Shown here in pieces: positions 48,012 through 58,081 of a stretch of 64,000 nucleotides of DNA; position 1 is the first letter of the stretch, and each line of letters starts with the position of its first letter. The stretch is taken from the NCBI GenBank assembly GCA_964235515.1, contig CAXSBL010000006.1, forward strand, positions 3,186-67,185. The letters are read 5' to 3'. The translations under genes were made by a program, and so were the position numbers. Source of the stretch: an uncultured Bryocella sp. (GTDB lineage Bacteria > Acidobacteriota > Terriglobia > Terriglobales > Acidobacteriaceae). The notes beneath the pieces are model-generated. The model was not told the origin of the DNA. It searched no databases and saw only the letters and a program-made list of their open reading frames with translations.

Positions 48012-49394
48012 CTAGCGGAAGCTCCAGTTCGGCATATCCGCACCTGATGTGCTGAGAGGGTGTTGCGCGGTTCCGTCGGCCAGCATCGTCATGATGCGTG
48101 AGTTCAGGTCGCGTCCGCCGGGGTTGTTGGCGAAGACGATATGGCGACCATCGGGCGACCAGGAAGGGAAGTCGCAACGGCCGATATCGTGAGTCAGCTG
48201 CATCCAGCGTTTGCTGGCGACTTCCATGACGTAGATATCCTGGCCGCCCGGGGCGCCGGGGCCGTATTTGCGATTCCAGGCAAATACGATGAATTGGCCG
48301 TTGGGCGACCACGAGGGTGATGTAGCGTAACCGCCATCGGTCATACGCGAAACGCCGGAGCCGTCCGTGTCCATGATGTAGAGCTGCGGCAGACCGGTGC
48401 GACCGCTGATCCAGGCAATCTGCGCTCCGGTCTTTGGGTTCCAGGTGGGGGAGACGTCGTTTTTGTAGGTGGTGATGCGATGCGCCGAGGCACCCTGCGG
48501 GTCAGAGATCCAGATCTGCGAATTGCCGGAGCGCGCCGACGAAAAGGCCAGTTGCTGGCCGTTGGGGGCCCAGGCCGGCGAAATGTTGGCGCCTCCTGGC
48601 GAGTAGAAGTTCACGGCACGGCCCAGCAGGAGCGAGTACATCTTGATCTGAAAGCCGTCGCGGCCGAGTGCGCTGAAGGCAATACGCGAGTTGTCGGGCG
48701 ACACCCTGGGGGACAGTGCGATTTCGCCCAGGTGCGTGACCGCGTGCTGGTTGGCACCATCGTAGTCCATCGCCCAGATCTCTTTGTTGCCGTCACCGGT
48801 GAAATGAACGTAGTAGATCTTGGTTTCGGCGATGCCCTGGATGCCGCCGCCCAGCCGGAAGATGATCTCATCGGCGAACTTGTGCGCGATCTGGCGGGCG
48901 CCATTTACGTCCGCGGCGTCGGTGTACTGTTTGGCGAAGACCTGCGGGAATTGGGCGTTGTGGGTGTCGTCGAGGAAGCCTTTTACCTGTGTCTGGCCGT
49001 TGGCGACGGCCAGTGAACCGAAGGCGACCATGCCGGCGCTTGTTGGCGCGGCGGACCACTGACCGAGGTTGATCTCGGCGGGTGAGCCCGGGGTACCTTG
49101 CGGCTCCATGCTCTTGGACACCAGATCGAAGATGCCGGCGTTGGCGAGATCACTCTGCAGCGTTGTATTGAAGGCCGTGACCAGCTCACCGGTACCACCG
49201 TCGGCGCCCCCCGGCTTGAAGTTCGCCGCTGCTAGGCGCAGCTTCTCGGCACCAGTGCTGGTTTCAAGGTGGAACGGATCCTGCGCACGGAGCCCGGCCC
49301 AAGGTGTCAGGGCGAGCAGAGAAAGGCCGGCACCGTAAATGAACGTGCGTTGGGAGAGATGGAGCCAACTACAGACTTTTTCACGAACAGTCAT
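48012..49394 (-). CDS. tolB: TolB
   Basis: AHKFADEI, MDYDGAN, repeated PAWAP/SPSWSPNG/FPSWSPDG PD40 motifs. Confidence 0.92.
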   Translation of the reverse strand: MTVREKVCSWLHLSQRTFIYGAGLSLLALTPWAGLRAQDPFHLETSTGAEKLRLAAANFKPGGADGGTGELVTAFNTTLQSDLANAGIFDLVSKSMEPQGTPGSPAEINLGQWSAAPTSAGMVAFGSLAVANGQTQVKGFLDDTHNAQFPQVFAKQYTDAADVNGARQIAHKFADEIIFRLGGGIQGIAETKIYYVHFTGDGNKEIWAMDYDGANQHAVTHLGEIALSPRVSPDNSRIAFSALGRDGFQIKMYSLLLGRAVNFYSPGGANISPAWAPNGQQLAFSSARSGNSQIWISDPQGASAHRITTYKNDVSPTWNPKTGAQIAWISGRTGLPQLYIMDTDGSGVSRMTDGGYATSPSWSPNGQFIVFAWNRKYGPGAPGGQDIYVMEVASKRWMQLTHDIGRCDFPSWSPDGRHIVFANNPGGRDLNSRIMTMLADGTAQHPLSTSGADMPNWSFR

Positions 49395-49459
49395 ACAAAT
49401 ACTCTAGATGCAACGGGAAGCCCGCGCGGGTTAAAGGAAGTGATGAGGGTTCCCTCCGG

Positions 49460-50326
49460 CTACGGAGCCTTGTAGTCGAAGCTGAACTCAATGGAGATCT
49501 TGTTGCCTGCGGGCAAGGGGCCGAAGCTGTCGATGCGCTGCACGGCGTGCATGGCGGATTGGTCGAGCGACGGCGAGGTGCTGCGGGTCTCCACGTGAAC
49601 GTCCCCCGGGGTGCCGTCACGGTCAATATCGAAGAGCAGGGTCACGCGCTTGCCCTGCGAGGAGCGCGGGTCGGCCTCACCGGCCACCCAGTTTTGCGAG
49701 ACCTTCTGGCTGACCAGGCGGAGGTAGTAGGCATAGCGGGCGCCGAAAGCTCGATCCTGCACGGTGGCGGTCGCCGTGCCGTTTTTAACCTGCGAGACGG
49801 CCTGCGGCAGTTGCGTGGCGGTCGTTTCGCCCGTCTGGGCCTTGGGCGTGAGTGGCGTGGGAAGCGGACGTTTGGCTGGCCTGGCCTCTGAGGGAACGGT
49901 GTGCGGCACCGGCTTGGGTGGAGCCTCGGTGTGTACCGGCGCCGGCTTTTTCGGCGGGGTCTTGGCCTTGATCAGGATGTCGGTCGGCTTGGGTGGCGGT
50001 TCGGCGGCCTCTTTGGGCGGCGGGGCTGGCGCCTGGTTCTCGTCTTCGGAGGCGAGCACCTGCTTTTCAATTGGCTTTGCATGGGATGGCAGTGGGATCG
50101 CCGAGACCATCGAGGCCTGGATGGCCCCGACCGAGGCCTGGCGCTCGCCCCAGCGCTCCGGCGTAGTACGGCCGAGGTAGGCGGCGGCGATCAAGGCGGC
50201 GGCCAGCACGAGGTGTAGCCCCAGAGCCCCGGCCAGGCCATCGCCGAAACGGCCAGTCTCAGCGTAGACGCCGTCCAAGGCGTATGGTTTGGCGTCGTCG
50301 GCGCGGGATGTGAAGGGGGAGTCCAT
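49460..50326 (-). CDS. tolA: TolA/TonB-family energy transducer
   Basis: N-terminal TM with His, Pro/Lys-rich linker, C-terminal TonB_C-like domain (SPSLDQSAMHAV); position in operon. Confidence 0.75.
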   Translation of the reverse strand: MDSPFTSRADDAKPYALDGVYAETGRFGDGLAGALGLHLVLAAALIAAAYLGRTTPERWGERQASVGAIQASMVSAIPLPSHAKPIEKQVLASEDENQAPAPPPKEAAEPPPKPTDILIKAKTPPKKPAPVHTEAPPKPVPHTVPSEARPAKRPLPTPLTPKAQTGETTATQLPQAVSQVKNGTATATVQDRAFGARYAYYLRLVSQKVSQNWVAGEADPRSSQGKRVTLLFDIDRDGTPGDVHVETRSTSPSLDQSAMHAVQRIDSFGPLPAGNKISIEFSFDYKAP

Positions 50327-50357
50327 GCGTTCGGTGGTTGGCGTTGCCTAGGTTGAC

Positions 50358-50762
50358 CTAGCGTAGCGGCTGGGTCACGATGCTGATGTTCGTAATGCCC
50401 GCCTGCTTGACCTCGTCCATCACGGAGGCGAAGGCGCCGAAGGGTACACGCCCGTCTGCCCTGACATAGACCGTTTTGCCGCCGGAGTTGCCTCCAGAGA
50501 GCAGCGCGGGGAGGTCGTGCACGTTGACGGGTTTATCGTCCAGAAAGACGTTCTGGTCCTTGTCGACGGTGACCACGCGGTGCTGCTCGGTGAGTTGATT
50601 GACGGTGCGCGTCTGGGGCACGGCGACTTCCACGCCGCTCTGCAGCACGGGCGCGGTGACCATAAAGATGAGCAGCAGCACAAGCACCACGTCGACGAGT
50701 GGGGTGATGTTGATGCCTTCGAGCGAGGTCTGCGTTCGTCCTTTGCTGGTGGTGAAGGCCAT
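50358..50762 (-). CDS. tolR: TolR/ExbD
   Basis: INITPLVDVVLVLLLIFMVTAP. Confidence 0.9.
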   Translation of the reverse strand: MAFTTSKGRTQTSLEGINITPLVDVVLVLLLIFMVTAPVLQSGVEVAVPQTRTVNQLTEQHRVVTVDKDQNVFLDDKPVNVHDLPALLSGGNSGGKTVYVRADGRVPFGAFASVMDEVKQAGITNISIVTQPLR

Positions 50763-50767
50763 GGCGC

Positions 50768-51574
50768 CTAAACGGTCCTCCGCCGGTCGTCGTCGGGCAG
50801 TGGCGCTGGTTGCGGAGTCGACCCCTGCGGGGCGGGGTTACCGGTGACCAGCGCGGCGTTCTCGATGGCGTTTAAAAGCTCGCGGCCGAAGTCGTCCATG
50901 CGGGCGCCGAATTCGCGAAGTTGGGCGGTGAGCTGGTTGTAGCCGACCACGGCCGGCACCGCGACGATAAGGCCGGCGGCCGTGGTGATCAGAGCTTCCG
51001 AGATGCCGGGAGCGACCGCACGCAAGGTGGCAGCGCCGGCGGTACCCAGGCCGTGGAAGGCGTCAATAATACCCATCACTGTGCCGAAAAGACCGATAAA
51101 GGGGGCGATCTGTGCGATGGTGGCCAGCCACGTCATACGCCGTTCCATCAGTGTGAGCGACTCGCTCGCGGCGGTCTGGGCGGCGCGTTCGAGTGCCTGC
51201 GGATTGGGCGGCGTACCGCGTCCGCCGGACTGGCGCTGGTACTCGTCGTGAATTTCATGGAAGACCGCGACGAGGGGACTGGGGCGGAACTGCTCGGCGA
51301 CGGCGGCGACCTCGCTCAGACGTCCGGACTTGCGGAAGGCGCGCACGAACTTGCGATTTTGGGCAGCGGCCTCGCGGAAGCTGCGCCACTTGGAGATCAT
51401 GATCGTCCACGAGAAGATGCTGGTGATCAGCAACAATGCCAAGACGGTCAGGGCCGTGGGACCGCTATTATGCAGCATGTCAGCAAGCGCGCCCGAATGT
51501 CCGGCAGTGTTCGAAGCATCGGCCGCGGTCGCCGGAAGGTCTTGCAGCCAAAGAGCAAAGGGAGGAGCTGTCAT
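50768..51574 (-). CDS. tolQ: TolQ/ExbB
   Basis: LATIAQIAPFIGLFGTVMGI, VAPGISEALITTAAGL. Confidence 0.9.
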   Translation of the reverse strand: MTAPPFALWLQDLPATAADASNTAGHSGALADMLHNSGPTALTVLALLLITSIFSWTIMISKWRSFREAAAQNRKFVRAFRKSGRLSEVAAVAEQFRPSPLVAVFHEIHDEYQRQSGGRGTPPNPQALERAAQTAASESLTLMERRMTWLATIAQIAPFIGLFGTVMGIIDAFHGLGTAGAATLRAVAPGISEALITTAAGLIVAVPAVVGYNQLTAQLREFGARMDDFGRELLNAIENAALVTGNPAPQGSTPQPAPLPDDDRRRTV

Positions 51575-51713
51575 ACGCTGCTTCTGAGTGTACTGTGCGG
51601 GGTGGCGGGAATGGCGGCAGGGGACTCAAGCTAGGCTAGTACGCCGAGGATCAGAGATCATGGGCGGCCGTGCTACGCTGGCGAGGCGAAGCCATGGCGA
51701 AGGTTAGGACTGC

Positions 51714-53405
51714 ATGCTGCTGGAATTGAGAGCGGAAAACTTCGCGGTGATCGATGCCACGGCCGCGGAGTTTGGGCCGGGACTGAATCTGCTCACCGGC
51801 GAAACGGGCGCGGGAAAATCGATTCTGATCGACGCGTTGGTCATGCTGCTGGGGGGCAAGGCGTCCAGCGACCTGGTGCGGCACGGGGCGGAAAAGGCGG
51901 TGCTGAGCTGCGTCTTCGAGTCCACGCCCGGGACCGAAGCCGTGCTCGAGGCCAATGGGCTCGACTTTGACGGCGACCAGGTCCTGTTACGGCGTGAGGT
52001 GGGTGCGAACGGCAAAGGGCGTGTTTTTGTGAACAATCAGCCGGCCACGGTTGGTGCCCTGCGGCAGCTGGCGCCGGAGCTGGCGCTGGTTCATGCGCAG
52101 TCGGAGACGATGATCGCCTTCGATGCGACGCAGCAGCAGCTCTTGTTGGACCGTTCGGCGCAGATCGGCACAGAGTTCACGGCGGCGGCGTACCGGCACT
52201 GGCGCGCCTTACGGGCGGAGCTCGATGAGTTGCAGAGCGCAGAGGGGGAAAGGCTGCGACAGATCGATCTTTGGAGCTTTCAAGCGAAGGAGATCGAGTC
52301 GGCGGGGATCGCCGATGCCGAGGAAGACGTCCGGCTGGAGTCTGAGAAGCGGCTGCTGGTGAATGCGGAGCGGCTTTTTTCCGGCGCCAACGCCGCACTG
52401 CAGCTGCTGTATGAGGATGAGGTCTCTGCGGAGGGACTTCTGGGCGGAGCGCTTCGGCATTTGGAAGATCTAGTCCGATTTCAGCCGGATTTTGCGGAAA
52501 CAGCCCAACAGCTACGCACGGCCCAGGCAGCGATCGAGGATGTGGCGGCGAGCCTGCGCGATTTCGCCGACAGAGCGACGGCCTCGCCCGAGCGGCAGGC
52601 CGAGGTGGAAGACAGGCTGGCGCTGTTGGATCGCTTGAAGCGAAAGTACGGCCCGACGCTGGCGCAGGTGGTGGCCTTTGGGAGCGCGGCGGCGGAGAAG
52701 CTGAACGATCTGGAGAACCGCGACGCGCGTTCGGCGGAGCTGGCAGGGCAGATGCTCTTGGCGGCCTCCAGCTACCGGCAAGCGGCCGAGGCTTTGACGG
52801 CCAGGCGCCAGGCAGCGGCCGCAAAACTGGCATCACGGGCGGAGCGGCAGATGAACGAGCTGGCGATGAAGGCTAGGTTCACCATCGAGGTCAGCCCCCA
52901 AACGGATGAGGCCGGGTGGAGCGCGGCGGGATGGGACGCGGTGGCGTACCGGATTGCAACCAACGCCGGAGAGCCGCTGAAGCCGCTCACAGAGATCGCC
53001 TCCGGCGGGGAGATGTCGCGCGTAATGCTGGCGTTGAAGGTGGCCGTGGAGGAGCAGGCCTCCGGACTGGCCCGGAAACGGGGCGTAGCCTCCCCGCGCA
53101 CGCTGGTCTTTGACGAGATCGATATCGGGATCGGCGGTCGCGCGGCGGAGGCGGTGGGGCAAAAATTAAAGGCGCTCGCGCGCACACAGCAGGTGCTCTG
53201 CATTACGCATCTGCCGCAGATTGCGGCGTTCGCGGACCGCCACCTGCTGATCGAAAAGAGCGAGCGCGCAGGCCGGACGCGCACCGGGGTACGTACCGCC
53301 TCCGACGGCGAAAGTGTGGAGGAGATTGCCCGCATGCTCTCCGGAGCCAGTCTCACCGAGGCCTCAAGGCTCCATGCGAGACAAATGGTGGAGGCCAGCC
53401 GTTAA
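51714..53405 (+). CDS. recN: DNA repair protein RecN
   Basis: LTGETGAGKSILIDAL, IASGGEMSRVMLA, FDEIDIGIGG, ITHLPQIAA. Confidence 0.96.
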   Translation: MLLELRAENFAVIDATAAEFGPGLNLLTGETGAGKSILIDALVMLLGGKASSDLVRHGAEKAVLSCVFESTPGTEAVLEANGLDFDGDQVLLRREVGANGKGRVFVNNQPATVGALRQLAPELALVHAQSETMIAFDATQQQLLLDRSAQIGTEFTAAAYRHWRALRAELDELQSAEGERLRQIDLWSFQAKEIESAGIADAEEDVRLESEKRLLVNAERLFSGANAALQLLYEDEVSAEGLLGGALRHLEDLVRFQPDFAETAQQLRTAQAAIEDVAASLRDFADRATASPERQAEVEDRLALLDRLKRKYGPTLAQVVAFGSAAAEKLNDLENRDARSAELAGQMLLAASSYRQAAEALTARRQAAAAKLASRAERQMNELAMKARFTIEVSPQTDEAGWSAAGWDAVAYRIATNAGEPLKPLTEIASGGEMSRVMLALKVAVEEQASGLARKRGVASPRTLVFDEIDIGIGGRAAEAVGQKLKALARTQQVLCITHLPQIAAFADRHLLIEKSERAGRTRTGVRTASDGESVEEIARMLSGASLTEASRLHARQMVEASR

Positions 53406-53478
53406 GGCGGGCGCGGGCCAAGCAACACGCGCTGGCTCCCATGCCTCCAAAGTGATTGAAGTATAAGGAGCACAACTG

Positions 53479-53625
53479 ATGGCTGAGACAAAGAAATGCG
53501 CACACCCACTTTGCAGCTGCATGGTGAACGACAAGAAATATTGCTCACAGATGTGTGAGGACTCCCAAGCTGTAACTACACTGGGTTGTGATTGTCAACA
53601 TGCGGGATGCGCGGGCCGTACCTAG
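53479..53625 (+). CDS. Bacterial metallothionein-like protein (48 aa)
   Basis: AAGGAG RBS; MAETKKCAHPLCSCMVNDKKYCSQMCEDSQAVTTLGCDCQHAGCAGRT, 8 Cys + 2 His; below the ORF-track size cutoff. Confidence 0.8.
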   Translation: MAETKKCAHPLCSCMVNDKKYCSQMCEDSQAVTTLGCDCQHAGCAGRT

Positions 53626-53730
53626 AGCCGGAATACCGGTGGTTCGTAGAGGTCCCGCACAAATCCTGGAAGGGATCGGCGGGGCCATTTCACTCTAAGT
53701 CCCCCTCGGTTTGGAGGTATACTGGTCGAT

Positions 53731-54753
53731 GTGACCACCCCCACCCTCCAGCCCGTTGATGTGCAGCCGGAAGCTGGCTCTGCACCCCATACCAAGCGTG
53801 TTCTGCTTCTGAAGCCCCGTGGCTTTTGCGCTGGTGTTGTGCGGGCGATCGACATAGTCCGCATCGCCCTCGACACCTTTGGCGCACCGATATATGTGCG
53901 CAAAGAAATCGTGCATAACTCGTATGTTGTGAACGATTTGGCCCAGAAGGGCGCTATCTTCGTCAATGAGTTGGACGAGGTTCCGGCCGGTGCCCGCGTC
54001 ATTTACTCCGCCCATGGTGTGTCTCCGGCTGTTCGGCAGCGTGCCAAGGATCGTGATCTGAAGGTGATCGACGCAACCTGCCCCCTCGTGACAAAGGTTC
54101 ACGTCGAGGCCATCAAGTTCGCCAAGCAAGGATATTCGCTTGTTTTGGTCGGCCATCGCGACCATGAAGAGGTAGAAGGCACCCAGGGCGAAGCCCCGGA
54201 TGTGACCCAGGTCGTTTCAACGCCGGAAGAGGTTGCCGAATTGGTGGTGCCTGATCCGAACAAGGTCGCTTACCTGACGCAGACGACGCTGTCGCTGGAT
54301 GAAGCCAGCACAATGATTCAGGCGCTCAAGGAGCGATTTCCTAGCATCACCGGCCCGCACGCGCAAGACATCTGCTACGCAACGGAGAACCGGCAGACGG
54401 CCGTGAAGAATGTAGCGCATGGGGCCGATCTGGTGCTGGTGGTCGGGTCGCGCAACAGTTCCAACTCCAATCGCCTTGTGGAGGTCTCCCAAAATCTGGG
54501 AACCGGTTCCTACCTCATTGACAAGGCCGAGGACATCCAGCCTGAGTGGCTGGAGTCGGTTTCTACCGTGGCGATCACGGCCGGAGCCTCCGCGCCGGAA
54601 ATTCTTGTGCAGCAGGTCGTGACTTTTCTGCAAGGCCGGGGTTTCTCCTCTGTGGAGGAGGTGGAGGTAATGCCGGAGAACGTACGTTTCGGCCTTCCGC
54701 CTGAAATCGTCCAGGCAATTGCATCCGCTCCCCCGATTCACCCGGCACCCTAG
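53731..54753 (+). CDS. ispH: 4-hydroxy-3-methylbut-2-enyl diphosphate reductase
   Basis: PRGFCAGVVRAI, SAHG, DATCPLVTKVH, DICYATENRQ, SSNSNRL, TAGASAPE. Confidence 0.97.
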   Translation: MTTPTLQPVDVQPEAGSAPHTKRVLLLKPRGFCAGVVRAIDIVRIALDTFGAPIYVRKEIVHNSYVVNDLAQKGAIFVNELDEVPAGARVIYSAHGVSPAVRQRAKDRDLKVIDATCPLVTKVHVEAIKFAKQGYSLVLVGHRDHEEVEGTQGEAPDVTQVVSTPEEVAELVVPDPNKVAYLTQTTLSLDEASTMIQALKERFPSITGPHAQDICYATENRQTAVKNVAHGADLVLVVGSRNSSNSNRLVEVSQNLGTGSYLIDKAEDIQPEWLESVSTVAITAGASAPEILVQQVVTFLQGRGFSSVEEVEVMPENVRFGLPPEIVQAIASAPPIHPAP

Positions 54754-54832
54754 CTCATCCACTGCTGCTCGCCGACTCGGGTTTTATTCCGGGTCAACGC
54801 TGGGCGTGGGTGTTTTTCGCAAACGAGAGTAC

Positions 54833-56848
54833 ATGAGTTCAATGGACGGAAGCCCTCAAGGAACGAAGCAGCCCCGGTTTGGGCGGCTCGACCTGGGAAT
54901 GGATCAGGTAAAAAAGGCCATCGATCAGTCGGTGACCTGGCTGCTGGGTCAACAGGACGAGCAAGGCTACTGGTGCGGCGAGCTTGAAGCCGACAGCATG
55001 CTTGAGGCCGACTATATCTTTCTCCATACCCTGTTGGGTACGGGAGACCGTGGCCGGATGGAGCGCTGCGCCAACGAGATCCTCCGCCATCAAAACGACG
55101 ATGGCGGCTGGAGCATCTACCCCGGCGGGCCATCCAACGTCAGCTATGGCGTGAAGTGCTACCTGGCCCTGAAGCTGATGGGCCGAGGAATCGATGATCC
55201 GATCATGGTGCGAGCGCGGGCCAACGTGCTCTCCCTTGGTGGCGTGGTCGAGTGCAATACCTTCACCAAAATCTATCTTTGCACCCTCGGGCAGTATGAC
55301 TACGATGCCGTACCGGCGGTACCGCCGGAGATCGTCCTGTTCCCGAACTGGTTTTATTTCAACATCTATGAGATCAGTTCGTGGTCGCGAGGTATCCTGG
55401 TACCGCTTTCGATCCTGTATGCAAAAAAACCGCTGAGGCAACTGACGCCCGAGCAGGGGATCGATGAACTGTTCGTCGGTGGGCGTGCCAGTTCCAAGCT
55501 GCACCTCCGCTGGGACCGCAAACCCGTTTCCTGGCGCAACTTCTTTCTATTTTTCGATCGCATGACGCACTGGGCGGAGCGGTTTCACATCCGTCCGCTG
55601 CGCCGCTTGGCGCTGCAGCGCGCCGAACAGTGGATGCTGGACCGGTTCGAGCGTTCGGATGGCCTCGGGGCGATTTACCCCGCGATGTTGAACTCGATTG
55701 TGGCGTTGCACAATCTCGGGTATTCGCAGGACGACCCGCATTTTATTCGCGCGATGGATGAGTTTGAAAAGCTGGCTATCGATGAGCCGGAAGGCACGCC
55801 CGCGTACCCAATCCCGACGCTGCGGATGCAACCCTGTTTTTCCCCGGTGTGGGATACGGCCCAGGTGATGACGGTGCTGGGTGAGGCAGGTCTTTCCAAG
55901 ACCGACCCTTGCCTGTTGAAAGCAGCTGACTGGATCTTGGCGCGCGAGGTACGGCACAAGGGCGACTGGGCCGAGAAGGTCAAGAACGTGGAGCCGGGCG
56001 GCTGGTACTTCGAGTTCAGCAATGAGTTTTACCCGGATGTTGATGATACGGGGCAGGTTCTGCTCGGTCTGAAAGCTGTCGATAACCCCCGTGAGCGCTA
56101 CCAGCACGAAGTGGAACAGCGTGCCGTGAACTGGGTGATGGCGATGCAGTGCCGCGAGGGCGGTTGGGCGGCCTTCGACAAGGACAACACCAAGAGCATC
56201 TTCCAGTACATTCCCTTTGCCGATCACAATGCGATGCTCGATCCGCCGACGGTGGACGTTACCGGGCGCATCCTGGAGATGCTGGCTGCCTACGGCTACA
56301 CGCGGCGGGATCCGCGCGTGGAAAAGGCCGTGCAGTTTGTCCTGCGCGAGCAGGAGTCGGACGGCTCATGGTTCGGTCGCTGGGGTGTGAATTTTCTTTA
56401 CGGCACCTTCTTGGTGCTGCGTGGTCTACAGGCGATGGAGTACAGCTACCTGGAGACACCGGTGCAGCAGGCGGCTGAGTGGATACGCATGGTGCAGAAT
56501 CCGGATGGGGGTTGGGGGGAGAACTGCGGGACCTACGACGATGCGACAGGTAAAGGTGTGGGGCCCTCGACTCCTTCGCAGACCGCGTGGGCGCTGCTCG
56601 GCTTGCTGGCTGCGAACGACACCCGGTCGGACTCAGTGGCCAAGGGTGTTCGCTGGTTGACCGAGCGGCAGCACGAGGATGGCAGCTGGGATGAGTTGAT
56701 TCCGGGACGTAACGGCGAGAGCTACTACACTGGAACGGGTTTTCCGCGGGTGTTTTATCTTGGCTATCATCTTTACAAGCAATATTTTCCGCTTTTGGCT
56801 TTGACGACCTATCGCAAGGCATTGGAGCGCGAGGCAGCTGAAGCGTAA
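54833..56848 (+). CDS. shc: Squalene-hopene cyclase
   Basis: YPDVDDTG (DxDD), QW-type repeats QNDDGGW, QESDGSWFGRWG, QNPDGGWGE, YYTGTGFP. Confidence 0.96.
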   Translation: MSSMDGSPQGTKQPRFGRLDLGMDQVKKAIDQSVTWLLGQQDEQGYWCGELEADSMLEADYIFLHTLLGTGDRGRMERCANEILRHQNDDGGWSIYPGGPSNVSYGVKCYLALKLMGRGIDDPIMVRARANVLSLGGVVECNTFTKIYLCTLGQYDYDAVPAVPPEIVLFPNWFYFNIYEISSWSRGILVPLSILYAKKPLRQLTPEQGIDELFVGGRASSKLHLRWDRKPVSWRNFFLFFDRMTHWAERFHIRPLRRLALQRAEQWMLDRFERSDGLGAIYPAMLNSIVALHNLGYSQDDPHFIRAMDEFEKLAIDEPEGTPAYPIPTLRMQPCFSPVWDTAQVMTVLGEAGLSKTDPCLLKAADWILAREVRHKGDWAEKVKNVEPGGWYFEFSNEFYPDVDDTGQVLLGLKAVDNPRERYQHEVEQRAVNWVMAMQCREGGWAAFDKDNTKSIFQYIPFADHNAMLDPPTVDVTGRILEMLAAYGYTRRDPRVEKAVQFVLREQESDGSWFGRWGVNFLYGTFLVLRGLQAMEYSYLETPVQQAAEWIRMVQNPDGGWGENCGTYDDATGKGVGPSTPSQTAWALLGLLAANDTRSDSVAKGVRWLTERQHEDGSWDELIPGRNGESYYTGTGFPRVFYLGYHLYKQYFPLLALTTYRKALEREAAEA

Positions 56849-56913
56849 GACTTCGGCGTTTCATCTGATACCGGGCTGATGCAAGGCCCGGGGCAGTGCA
56901 AAGGAGTTTTCGG

Positions 56914-58080
56914 ATGGCCGTTCCCGTATCGCAGGCGTTTACTGTCGCGAGCTACGTGTTGAAGCAGAAATTCAAAGGGCGCAAGCGGTACCCGCTGGTG
57001 CTGATGCTGGAGCCGCTGTTTCGCTGCAACCTGGCGTGCGCCGGCTGCGGCAAGATCCAGTACCCCGCGCACATTCTGAAGGCGGAACTGACTCCGGAGG
57101 ACTGCTTCCGGGCCGCTGAAGAGTGCGGCACGCCCATGGTAGCCATCCCGGGCGGTGAACCTCTGTTGCATCCGCGGATGCCGGAGATCGTGGCCGGCCT
57201 GGTGGAGCGCAAGAAGTATGTGTACATGTGCACGAACGCGCTGCTTCTTAAAGAGAAGCTTCACCTTTTCAAACCGAGCAAGTACCTCAGCTTCTCCGTT
57301 CATGTGGACGGCGAGCGGGAGCACCACGACTTCGGCGTGTGCCGCGAGGGTGGCTACGACATTGCCCTTGAAGGCGTTCGCGCCGCGGTAGCTGCGGGAT
57401 TCCGCGTAACGACCAATACGACTTTGTTCGATGGAGCGGATCCGAACTCAGTGCGCCGGCATTTTGACCAGATGATGGAAGCCGGTGTCGAATCGATGAT
57501 GGTTTCGCCCGGTTACACCTACGACAAGGCGCCGGATCAGAACCACTTTCTCGGTCGTGCCAAGAGCCGGAAATTATTCAGCGCCATCCTTTCAAACCGC
57601 AAGAAGCATTGGGAGTTCAATGCTTCACCCATGTTTATGGAATTTCTGATGGGCCGGCAGGAGCTGCGCTGCACCCCTTGGGGCATGCCGACGTACTCGA
57701 TTTTCGGCTGGCAAAAGCCCTGCTATCTACTGCAGGACGGCTATGCGGACACCTTTCAGGAGTTGATGGACGAGGTCGAGTGGTCCAACTACGGCACCGA
57801 GAGCGGCAATCCTCGCTGCGCCAACTGCATGGTGCACTCGGGCTACGAAGCTTCGGGCGTGAACTACACCTTTGGATCGTTGAAGGGCTTCTATCAGACA
57901 GCCAAGGCTTTTCTGAACCGCAAATACGATGATCCCAGAGCGCAGGCTCTGTTGAACGATTGGAAGCCGGAAGGGCACTTTCCCCTGGTGCAGATTTCGC
58001 CCGGTGGCGTAACTAAACCAACGCCGGTGGTGGTGACGACATCGGTCGATAGCTCACTAGCAGGCGTGGCGGGGGACTGA
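56914..58080 (+). CDS. hpnH: Adenosylhopane synthase, radical SAM
   Basis: LMLEPLFRCNLACAGCGKI, GGEPLLHP, CTPWGMP, CANCMVHSGYE. Confidence 0.93.
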   Translation: MAVPVSQAFTVASYVLKQKFKGRKRYPLVLMLEPLFRCNLACAGCGKIQYPAHILKAELTPEDCFRAAEECGTPMVAIPGGEPLLHPRMPEIVAGLVERKKYVYMCTNALLLKEKLHLFKPSKYLSFSVHVDGEREHHDFGVCREGGYDIALEGVRAAVAAGFRVTTNTTLFDGADPNSVRRHFDQMMEAGVESMMVSPGYTYDKAPDQNHFLGRAKSRKLFSAILSNRKKHWEFNASPMFMEFLMGRQELRCTPWGMPTYSIFGWQKPCYLLQDGYADTFQELMDEVEWSNYGTESGNPRCANCMVHSGYEASGVNYTFGSLKGFYQTAKAFLNRKYDDPRAQALLNDWKPEGHFPLVQISPGGVTKPTPVVVTTSVDSSLAGVAGD

Positions 58081-58081
58081 C

